Positions 1-8,900 of a stretch of 33,580 bases of DNA are shown in pieces. Within the stretch, counting starts at the first letter, position 1. Every line of letters starts with the position of its first letter. The notes beneath the pieces were generated by a model. The model was given only the letters and a program-made list of their open reading frames with translations. It made no database searches and was not told the DNA's origin. The position numbers and the translations under genes were made by a program. Source of the stretch: Candidatus Woesearchaeota archaeon (GTDB lineage: Archaea; Nanobdellota; Nanobdellia; Pacearchaeales; GW2011-AR1); contig CAZGCP010000001.1 in NCBI GenBank assembly GCA_964524525.1, forward strand, positions 1 to 33,580. Direction: 5' to 3'.

Positions 1-1
1 A

Positions 2-259
2 GGTGACGGAGTAATAGGAATTGCAAATATACAAAATTTATATAATTTTATAGATATTAAAGTTTTAACAGATAAAAATACAACTTGTGATGAATTAGGA
101 AGATACACTTATTTAAATATTAAAAAAGGTGAAGAAACCAAGATAATCCAATATGGTCCTTCTTGTTATGAAGTTTCTGTTAAAGATTGTGAAATATTAA
201 AAGCAACTGAAAGATTTATGTTAGAAGGTTTTGTAAAAGTTAATAAGATAATTGAATGA
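2..259 (+). CDS. 3' end of an unidentified protein-coding gene; the 5' part lies outside the window
   Basis: Frame 2 is open from the window edge to TGA at 257-259 (...GDGVIGIANIQNLYNF...EGFVKVNKIIE*). No recognisable motif. Confidence 0.35.
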   Translation, partial: GDGVIGIANIQNLYNFIDIKVLTDKNTTCDELGRYTYLNIKKGEETKIIQYGPSCYEVSVKDCEILKATERFMLEGFVKVNKIIE

Positions 260-262
260 TAA

Positions 263-892
263 TTAATTTTTATTAAAATTTCTTTTCTTTTTTATTATAA
301 AATAAACCAAAACAATTATTCCTAAAACAAGAATTAAAATTACTTTAAATAAATTCTCTATTGAAGTGAAAGGTGTTGGTCCTATTGAATACCCAATAAA
401 AATTAAGATTAAAGTCCATATTCCTGCTCCAAGAGAAGTATAAAAACAAAATCTTCCTAAGTGCATTCTTGAAAATCCTGCTGGAAGTGAAATTAATTGC
501 CTTACAACTGGAAAAAGCCTTCCAATAAAGGTGGTTATTTCTCCATTTTTTTCAAAATATCTGTCTGACTTCTTTAAACTTTCTTGTTTAATAAATAAAA
601 AATGCCCGTATTTTGAAACTAGCCTTTCAACACCCTTTCTACCAATAAAAAGTGCAATAGAATAGTTTATAAGAGCTCCTGTAAGGCTTCCTAAAACACT
701 TAAAAAGAAAACTAAAACAAGATCCATACTCCCTTTTTTAATTAATGAGCCTGCTGGAATTAAAATTGCCTCACTTGGAAAAGGAAAAAAAGAACTTTCA
801 ATAGTCATTCCAAAATAAATTCCAAAATAATGAAGATTTTCTATAATTAATAAAATACTCGAATAAATGCTTTGCAATAAATCAAAAACCAT
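263..892 (-). CDS. DedA-family membrane protein (SNARE-associated/VTT domain)
   Basis: 209 aa, polytopic. DedA-like core: ESSFFPFPSEAILIPAGSL...GSLTGALINYSIALFIGRKG...FIGRLFPVVRQLISLPAG. ATG at 890-892 lies 1 nt after the stop of the upstream gene. Confidence 0.75.
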   Translation of the reverse strand: MVFDLLQSIYSSILLIIENLHYFGIYFGMTIESSFFPFPSEAILIPAGSLIKKGSMDLVLVFFLSVLGSLTGALINYSIALFIGRKGVERLVSKYGHFLFIKQESLKKSDRYFEKNGEITTFIGRLFPVVRQLISLPAGFSRMHLGRFCFYTSLGAGIWTLILIFIGYSIGPTPFTSIENLFKVILILVLGIIVLVYFIIKKKRNFNKN

Positions 893-893
893 T

Positions 894-1427
894 TTACTTT
901 TTCTTTATTTGTTTTAAAAGAATTTTGAAATCAGTATAAAAAGGAATCCCTTTTATTTTAAATTTTTTAACTTCCAAAAACCAAATTCCTATTACAAAAA
1001 TTGTGCTTCCCAAATACCATAAAATTTTATGGATTAAAGCAAAAGAAGAAACATCATTCACATATAAAATTCCTAAAACAATTATTCTTGTAATATTTAA
1101 AACTAATAAGATTCCAAAAGAGAAAAGTAATGAATTAATTCTTTTTTTGCAAGAAAGATTTGGAACTGATAAATTCAAAATCAAAAGTAAAAAATAAGCA
1201 GAACCTGCTACACAAGGACCTACAATTTCCAAAGGTATTGAATCCAAAAAAATAGTTGTTCCATTTAAAGAAGTGTTATAAAAAATACTTAATATCCAAT
1301 AAACAGGATAAACAGTTAAAGGAGTAAAAATCCAATAAAAAATATACAATCCTGGAAGTGCAGAAAGAACTAAAATCAAATACCTTAATATAAAATTCTT
1401 AAAATAATTTTTTTTAAATTTTACCAT
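894..1427 (-). CDS. Compact exosortase/archaeosortase-family membrane protein (pacearchaeosortase-like), putative transpeptidase
   Basis: 177 aa with about 5 TM segments. Ordered signature: Cys (EIVGPCVAGSAY), Asn-x-x-Arg (LVLNITRIIVLG), His (ALIHKILWYLG), as in the exosortase/archaeosortase catalytic set. Sits directly downstream of two candidate substrates. Confidence 0.55.
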   Translation of the reverse strand: MVKFKKNYFKNFILRYLILVLSALPGLYIFYWIFTPLTVYPVYWILSIFYNTSLNGTTIFLDSIPLEIVGPCVAGSAYFLLLILNLSVPNLSCKKRINSLLFSFGILLVLNITRIIVLGILYVNDVSSFALIHKILWYLGSTIFVIGIWFLEVKKFKIKGIPFYTDFKILLKQIKKK

Positions 1428-1457
1428 AAAAAGTTTATGAGAACTGACTTTAAATAA

Positions 1458-1691
1458 TTATTTGAACTTTTTTTCTAAAGAATTATAAAATTTTTCTACT
1501 TTTTCTATTTCTGGAATAAATTTTTCTGGACAATATTCTTGATATTTCCTAGCATTTGAAATTAATTGAGGTATTTCTTTTTGATTTAAAGGTAAATCAC
1601 TTCTATTACTATCCAAATAATCATTAATCTGTGATAAAGACTTATAAATTTCTAAAAATTCTTTAGTCTCTTTATCTTTAAGGCAAATCAT
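1458..1691 (-). CDS. Small hypothetical cytoplasmic protein, translationally coupled to the upstream surface-protein gene
   Basis: 77 aa with no TM segment. Its ATG overlaps the upstream TGA (ATGA, 1688-1691). Confidence 0.45.
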   Translation of the reverse strand: MICLKDKETKEFLEIYKSLSQINDYLDSNRSDLPLNQKEIPQLISNARKYQEYCPEKFIPEIEKVEKFYNSLEKKFK

Positions 1692-3742
1692 TTTGAATTT
1701 TTATTGGAAGGTTCCTTTTCCTCTTTATTTTTTCCTTGATTTTTCTTTTTCAAAGATTTTTTCTTTTTACTTTTTTTAGTAGCAATAGAAATTATTTTTA
1801 CAATTATTAAGATTATTGCTATTATTAATAAAACATTAAGAATTGCTTCCCAATTCCAATCTTTGATTCCTTTAGATTTTTTAACTTCAATTGGAAGTTT
1901 AAATTCAGCAACTACTATTCCATCTTTTCCAATATTCCAATTAATAATTTGTTTTCCTGAAACATTTTCTTTTGATTGAAGAGTGATTTCAACATTTTCT
2001 GATTCTCCAACATCAAGAGTTATTTGTGAAGGGTTTATTGAAATTGATTCTGTCCAATTAGAATTAATATATCCTAACTCATATGTTACTGGTTCATCTT
2101 CGGGATTTGTTATTGTTACATTCAAAACAAACTCATCTCCTGATTTCCTACCTTTTTTAAGACTTGCATCAATCATGTTTGATTTTTTAACTTCATCATA
2201 GAAGTGTGCACACCATAATCCAGTAACATCAACATTTGAAGTATAAATTGCTTTTTCATCATCTACTCCTCCTTCATAAATATCTTTTTCTTCCATATCT
2301 TTATCATCATATACTGTAAATGTAATTGGGTATATTTTTTCTTCAACACCTTCAGGTATTCTTACTAATACATCAAAATTAGAACTTCCTAAGGGATTTA
2401 TTCCACTGTCAAATTCAACAACTTCACTAATTCCTAATTCCTCATTTTCTACTTTTACAAAAATCTCATCTTCTGGAATTTTATCATCTCCAATATTCCA
2501 AATTTTAGGTCTGAATTGTATTTCTGAATCACAAGGAACAAATACATCTAAATCTAAATTCTTTATAACTAAATATTCTTTTAATTTAACATTTAAATCT
2601 TTTAAGGCTGAAGTAGCAGTTTCTTCTCCATCAACATTTTCTTCTTCTGCCTTGTCTCCTTCTAACTCTCCTTTAGCAGAAATCAAAAAGGAATAATCAT
2701 CATTTGTTTCAGATAATTTTTTTGGATCTAATGTGAAAACAATTTCCAAATCCATATCTTTTCCTTTTTCTAAATCAAAATCATCTTCATTAATTTCCAT
2801 ATATCCCTCATCTAAAACACATTTATCATCTTTAATATCATATAAACATATTTCAATTTCAATATCTTCAACATCATAATTTCCTTTGTTGTCAAGTGAA
2901 GTTTCAATTTTTATTTTATCGAAAGGGTAGATTTTTGTTTCTTCTCCTAATCCTTCTTCTACTGAAAAAGTTAATTCGTCAAATACTAATTCACCAAGAT
3001 TTGAAATATCTCCTGCATATCCTTTATTATAAATAACCTCTCCTCCAGCATAATCTCCATTAGAAGAGTTTGCATTCACAATTATTGAATTTTCTCCATA
3101 TTTTAAATCATCAAAATCTGAATCAAGTTTCAAAGTAATTTCTTTTTCTTCTCCTGCAGTTAAATCAAAATCATTTTCAGAAAAATTAACATCAAATTCT
3201 CCTGAATAAGTTAAATTAATTTCAGTTAAACCTGTGTTTCCTTCATTCTTTACTGTGATTGATGTGGTTTTTCTAGTAAAAGTTGAATCTGATACTGATA
3301 AAGAAGATGATTCTGGAACACTTACATCTAAGTAAAAAACAGGATTATTATTTAAAGGTCTTAAATCGCTTTGGTTTGTAGGATTTCTTTCATAACCATC
3401 AAAAGTTATTTCTAAATTATATGAATCTGAAGGTTTATGTTTTGGAACACTTACTTCAAGGCTTATTACTCCAATAGTTCCGTTTTCTATTGAATTGAAA
3501 TTTTTTATTTCAACATTTTCCTCAGAAAAAGGGCCATCTAAAACATTTATTGAAGTAGAAAGATTATATAAATCCCAATTTGCATCTGCTTCAACTTCAA
3601 TATTTATAATTTCAGAAGTTCCGTGATTAATATTTTCCATAGCAGAACTAGATTTTAAAGTTATAGCTGCACTAACAAAACTCATAACTAAAAGTAATAA
3701 AAAAATACTTGCTATTCCTAATGTTAATTTTTTTGATATCAT
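1688..3742 (-). CDS. Secreted, C-terminally anchored surface protein, paralog A (S-layer/adhesin-like)
   Basis: 684 aa. Signal peptide MISKKLTLGIASIFLLLLVMSFVSAA. Acidic Asn/Asp/Glu-rich beta-type domains. C-terminus is SKGIKDWNWEA + TM (ILNVLLIIAIILIIVKIISIA) + Lys-rich tail. Collinear with 3801-5843. Confidence 0.85.
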   Translation of the reverse strand: MISKKLTLGIASIFLLLLVMSFVSAAITLKSSSAMENINHGTSEIINIEVEADANWDLYNLSTSINVLDGPFSEENVEIKNFNSIENGTIGVISLEVSVPKHKPSDSYNLEITFDGYERNPTNQSDLRPLNNNPVFYLDVSVPESSSLSVSDSTFTRKTTSITVKNEGNTGLTEINLTYSGEFDVNFSENDFDLTAGEEKEITLKLDSDFDDLKYGENSIIVNANSSNGDYAGGEVIYNKGYAGDISNLGELVFDELTFSVEEGLGEETKIYPFDKIKIETSLDNKGNYDVEDIEIEICLYDIKDDKCVLDEGYMEINEDDFDLEKGKDMDLEIVFTLDPKKLSETNDDYSFLISAKGELEGDKAEEENVDGEETATSALKDLNVKLKEYLVIKNLDLDVFVPCDSEIQFRPKIWNIGDDKIPEDEIFVKVENEELGISEVVEFDSGINPLGSSNFDVLVRIPEGVEEKIYPITFTVYDDKDMEEKDIYEGGVDDEKAIYTSNVDVTGLWCAHFYDEVKKSNMIDASLKKGRKSGDEFVLNVTITNPEDEPVTYELGYINSNWTESISINPSQITLDVGESENVEITLQSKENVSGKQIINWNIGKDGIVVAEFKLPIEVKKSKGIKDWNWEAILNVLLIIAIILIIVKIISIATKKSKKKKSLKKKNQGKNKEEKEPSNKNSK

Positions 3743-3786
3743 TTTGTTGTAATTGGGTAGTTACACAACTTTAAAAACCTTTTGGT
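3743..3786 (-). promoter_or_regulatory. Putative promoter/short 5' region of paralog A, duplicated upstream of paralog B
   Basis: Sense strand reads CCAAAAGGTTTTTAAAG, then 26 nt, then ATG. The TATA-like box lies about 27 nt from the ATG, implying a leaderless or very short leader. Near-identical to 5844-5888. Confidence 0.45.
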
Positions 3787-3800
3787 TTTTTTTTGTGATT

Positions 3801-5843
3801 TTATTTTTTTATTGCTTTTTTAATATTATTATCTTCTTTTTTTAATTTCTTTTTTTTCTTTCCTTGTTTATGTGATGAAACTATAATTCCTGTAACTACT
3901 CCTACAATTGCAATTCCTAAAACAATATTCATAATAATTTTCCAATTCCAACCTTCAAACCAATCTAAAATACCTTTAGATTCTCTAACAGTTACTGGAA
4001 GTTCATAACTTGCAACAGGAATTTTATTTTTACTAATAGTCCACTCTATGACTTGGTCTCCGTAAACATCTTTTTTAGATTCAATTATTAACTGAACAAT
4101 TACTGATTCTTCAGATTCAAGTGTTAATTCAGAAGAACCTAATGAAATTGACTCTGCCCAATCAACAGTAATATTGCTTAAATCATAAGTTACTTTTTTA
4201 TCTTCTGGATTTGTTATTGTTATGTTTATAATAAATTCATCTCCTGATTTTTCTCCAGATTCAAGATCTGCTTTAATCATTTCTAATTTTGTCTGATCAT
4301 TATAAACTGTTTTACACCATAATCCTGAAACATTTATTGTTGAAGTATATGCTGGATGGTAATCTCCCATATCTTGGTAAATATCATCTAAAAAACTTTT
4401 TTCATATTCTTCATAAGGTGTAAAAACAATATCATATTCTCCTTCTTCAATTCCTTTAGGTATTTCAATTAAAACATCAAAACTTGAACTTTCCAAAGAA
4501 TCTAAATCTTCTTTAAATTCAACAATCTTACTAATATTTAAATCCTTATTATAAACTTCAATAAAAATCCCTTCATTTTTCTCTTCATCTCTTTCTATAT
4601 CCTCTTCCATTAAATTCCAGATTTTTGCATTATATTGTATTTCTGAATTACAAGAAATAGATTCCTCAATTTCTAAATTTTCAATATAAACACTTCCTTC
4701 TTTAATTTCAAAATCTAAACTAGCTGAAATACCTGTTTTGTTACCTGCAAATTCTTCCCTATCTCCTTCTTCTAAAGTTCCTTCTGCTTTTATCCATAAA
4801 GTATAATCTCCTTCAAATTCATTTTCTTCTAAAAAATCTTCACTAAGTTTAAAAATTAATTCTAAATCAATTTCATCGCTATCTTCATCTAAATCAAAAT
4901 CATTTTCATTGATTTCCATTTCATCTAAAGTTGCTATTTCATCTCCTAATTCATCAAAAATAGATGCCTCTATTTCAATATCTTCTATTTCATAATCATC
5001 TTTATCTTCAAGAGCTAATGTAAATTCTGTTCTTACTTTATCTAAAGGATAAAACTCTGCATCTTTGGCATCCCCATATCCTTCTACATATTTAAAATCA
5101 AAATCTTCTATTTCTAAATTATCATTTCTTTGTTCTTCTGTGAAATCTCTAAAAAGATTCAATGTTCCTGTGTTATGAGTTCCAGAAGAATTAGCTGTTA
5201 TAGTTATATCATTATCTCCATATTTTAAATCGCTAACATCTGAAGTAAACATTACTGTAACTTCCTTACTTTCTCCAGGAATTAAACTAAAATCATTTTC
5301 AGAAAAATTAATCCAGTTCTTTGAAGAATTAAGATTTATTGAAGTTAGATCTAAATTTCCTTGATTTTTTATTGTTATATTTTTTTTGTTTTCTCTTATT
5401 ACATCAAATTCTGGAGAAGAAACTGAAATATCTTTTGAATCTTTAATAGTTACTGAAAAAGGTAATGAAGTTGTAGTAGATTCTCTTTCTCCTCTAACTC
5501 CAATATTTCCTTTTATAACTCCTGTTTGATATTTATTAAAGGAAACTGTAGCTTGATAATCCTCTGTTATTTCTGTTCCTGAACCATTGCCTATTGTATT
5601 TTTATTAAAACTTATTTGTAATCCTTCTTGTGAAGAAGTAAAATCTGAATAACTCCAATTTAAATCCCCCTCAACTCCCCCATTTGTTAAATTAAATTTT
5701 ATTTTAAAATTTTCATCATGAGAAACTTCTTCAGGAGAATTAATTAAATTAATATCCTCTAAATCAACAGCACTAACAAAACTCATAACTAAAAGTAATA
5801 AAAAAATACTTGCTAATCCAAGAGTCATTATTTTTGATCTCAT
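3801..5843 (-). CDS. Secreted, C-terminally anchored surface protein, paralog B (S-layer/adhesin-like)
   Basis: 680 aa. Signal peptide MRSKIMTLGLASIFLLLLVMSFVSAV. C-terminus is SKGILDWFEGWNWK + TM (IIMNIVLGIAIVGVVTGIIV) + KKKKKLKK tail. Shares blocks with paralog A (NFSENDF, DLKYG.N.I...ANSS, GLWC, GDEF..N.TITNPED). Confidence 0.85.
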   Translation of the reverse strand: MRSKIMTLGLASIFLLLLVMSFVSAVDLEDINLINSPEEVSHDENFKIKFNLTNGGVEGDLNWSYSDFTSSQEGLQISFNKNTIGNGSGTEITEDYQATVSFNKYQTGVIKGNIGVRGERESTTTSLPFSVTIKDSKDISVSSPEFDVIRENKKNITIKNQGNLDLTSINLNSSKNWINFSENDFSLIPGESKEVTVMFTSDVSDLKYGDNDITITANSSGTHNTGTLNLFRDFTEEQRNDNLEIEDFDFKYVEGYGDAKDAEFYPLDKVRTEFTLALEDKDDYEIEDIEIEASIFDELGDEIATLDEMEINENDFDLDEDSDEIDLELIFKLSEDFLEENEFEGDYTLWIKAEGTLEEGDREEFAGNKTGISASLDFEIKEGSVYIENLEIEESISCNSEIQYNAKIWNLMEEDIERDEEKNEGIFIEVYNKDLNISKIVEFKEDLDSLESSSFDVLIEIPKGIEEGEYDIVFTPYEEYEKSFLDDIYQDMGDYHPAYTSTINVSGLWCKTVYNDQTKLEMIKADLESGEKSGDEFIINITITNPEDKKVTYDLSNITVDWAESISLGSSELTLESEESVIVQLIIESKKDVYGDQVIEWTISKNKIPVASYELPVTVRESKGILDWFEGWNWKIIMNIVLGIAIVGVVTGIIVSSHKQGKKKKKLKKEDNNIKKAIKK

Positions 5844-5888
5844 TTTTGTTGTAATTCTGTAGTTACATAAGTTTAAAAACCTTTTGGT
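5844..5888 (-). promoter_or_regulatory. Putative promoter/short 5' region of paralog B (copy of 3743-3786)
   Basis: Sense strand reads CCAAAAGGTTTTTAAAC, then about 27 nt, then ATG. Aligns with the paralog A upstream region with few mismatches. Confidence 0.45.
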
Positions 5889-5907
5889 AATTTATAGAGA
5901 ATAAAGC

Positions 5908-8900
5908 TTAATCGTTTTTAATTATTTTTCCAGTTTTATTATAACCTTTTTCAGTATTAATCTTATAAATGTAAGTTCCACTTGGTCCAGTTATATTAAA
6001 TCTCTTAGTTCCTTTAACATCATTCTCAATTAATCCTTTTTCCAAAGAATTTCCATTTAAATTATAAATATTAATTGAACCATCTTGAGGTTTTTCAAAA
6101 TTATATTTAATATTAAAATCTCCATCAGTTGGATTAGGATATGCTTTAACAGAATAATCTTCAAAAGAGGATTTGTCTATTGATTCATATGTTGTATCAC
6201 TATAAACTGTTTTAGATATAGAGGTGTCATTACCTGCTTTATCTCTAGCATAAATTTCTATAGAGTTCTCTCCTTGTTGATAACCTGCTCCTGTTGTATC
6301 TACTAAATTGTTAATTCCCCAAGATTTTCCATTTACTGTATACCAAGCTGTGTCTAAGTTCTCTTCAATTATTTCCCAAGCCAAATCATTGTCATTCACT
6401 GTCTCTCCTTGAGGTTTATTTATTGAAATTGTTGGTTTTGTATTATCATAAATCCAGTTTCTTGTAATAGAAGAATCATTTCCTGCTTTATCTGTAAAAT
6501 AGTATTCTATTGTATTTGTATCTCCCACCATTCCTTCTAAAGTATCTCCATTACTTTGTTCCCAATCAATTTTATTTCCATTTAATTTTATATATGAATT
6601 AAATGGGTCTATTCTTGAAACTGCATCTGAAACATTGAAATCATTTATAGGATGTGTAGAATAAACTCCTTCTTTATCTGGATGATTTACTTTGAGAGAA
6701 GGTGCAGTATTATCATAAATAAAGTTAATTGTTCTATTTGAATGATTTCCTGCAATGTCTTTTGCATAAATTTGTACTTGGTGTTCTCCTTCAATTTTTG
6801 GAACTTGAATTGTATCTAAATGAGATTTTTTTGGGGGGAAAACTTCATTAACTCCTACATTTATATTTTGTTTTGAATAATCATCTAATTTATACCATAA
6901 AGTATCTAAAAAATTGCTATTATTTGAGCTTGTATCTGAAACTGTAAAAATAAAATCTTCAAGAGTATTTTTATTATAAGAGGAATTATTTTGAAGATTG
7001 AAATTTATTTCAGGATTTTGATTATCTTTATTTGGATTTCCAGTAACAAATCGATTAGAACTTGCAGAATAGGATAAATTAGGATTTCCTACACTATCTA
7101 TATTCCATTCAAGAAAAGTCATGTCTATAAAATTCCCTGTTCCTTCATTATAACCATAATTATATTTTACTTCAATTTTTGAATTACTTAAAGAGTTAGT
7201 ATTTATTTCTGAATCATTTGTTGGATTGAAAAAGAACCAATTATTTGCATCTAGAGGATTATCTTCTGTTAAAATCCCATTAAACCATTCATCACTTGTA
7301 GTATTGTGAACACTATAAATAGGAAGGTTAAATCTTCTTAATGTTTCTAAAGATTCTGGATTTTGTGAAAGAGTTGAACTATATTCTTCTTGAGTTATAT
7401 CTGAAAGGTTTCTTATTCCTTTTGAATTTATTTCTACTTGTCTTGCATAATTTTTGCTGTTCCATACTTCACCAGGAGTAGAATTTTCAGGAATTGAATC
7501 TGATTTATCAATTGAAGCTATGTTTCTAACCCAACTTTGTTTTTCATCATTGGTTAGACTAGTCCAAAATCTTCCTGGAAGATAAGATTTATTTCCTTCA
7601 TCAATATATTTTAAAATCATAGCCTTGTCTATAGGAGTAATAACTCCATCGCCATCAACATCTGCTCTATCATGTGCTCTTGAGATTTCTCCTTCTAATC
7701 TTGGTTGCCCATCTAAATTTATTGCATATTTTGGATTAGGAACATTTTGGCCTAATAAATTATTTATAGAATCTACATCTGCTCGGGTTACTTCTCCATC
7801 ATTATTCAAATCACCATTACCATAACTTGAACTAACATGAGTCTCAGATTGTTTAAATGGATTAATTAACCAGTGTTTATCAAAACCATTAGAAGAATTA
7901 CGATATACAAAATTTTTCTGTGTAGTAACTGTGTTTCCAGCTGAATCTGTGAAAAAGTATTCAATTGTGTTGGTTCCTTCAAGAAGATTCTCTAAAGTAT
8001 CTCCATTGCTTTGTTTCCAATCAATTTTGTTTCCATTTAATTTTATACAAGAGTTTATTGAATCTAAGTAAGTATCTGAAATATTGAATTGATTAATCGG
8101 TCTTTCTAAATATAAACTATCATTTTTTGGAGAACCTACCTTTAAAGAAGGGTAAATTGTATCATAAACAAAACTCTTTGTTATGGAAGTATCATTTCTA
8201 GCTATATCAGAAAAATAATATTCTATTTCATTTCTTCCTTGTCTAGGGTTTAAAACATTTCCTTGAATTGAATCCCAATTATGAATTGTATCATTGTTGA
8301 ATCTTATGAAAGAATTTGTTGAATCTGTTCCAGAAATTGGATCAAATACATTAAAATTATTAAGAGGCCTATAAGAATAATGCATTCCATCTTGTACTGA
8401 ATCTACATTAAAAAAAGGAGCTGTTGTATCATAAACAAAATTTCTTGACATTGAAGAGTTATTTCCTGCTGAATCTGTAAAGAAATATTCCATTTCATTT
8501 AGCCCTTCTATGGGATTCAATATGTCTCCATTACTGTTTTTCCAATCCAAAGTATCTGAATTAAATCTTATGAAAGAATTTGTTGAATCCAAGTAAGTAT
8601 CTGAAACACTGAATTGATTAGTTGGCTTTTCAGAATAGATTGTGTCGTTAACTGGAGTAAGTGAATTTAAATTTGGAGAGATAGTGTCATAAACAAAATT
8701 TCTTGATATTGAAGAGTTATTTCCTGCTGAATCTGTAAAAAAGTATTCTATTGTGTTCCTTACATCTCCAATAGGATTTAGTGTTGCTCCATTGCTATTT
8801 TCCCAACCGCTTGTGTCAATATCAGAACCATTTAATCTTATGAAAGAATTTGTTGAATCCAAGTAAGTATCTGAAATAGTGAATTGATTAGTAGGTTTAT

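Noticed and set aside
8429-8900. Diversity-generating retroelement template/variable repeat pair
   Set aside because: There is no reverse transcriptase in the window. The near-identical segments are in-frame tandem domain repeats, and the mismatches seen (c/t, c/g) are not adenine-specific.
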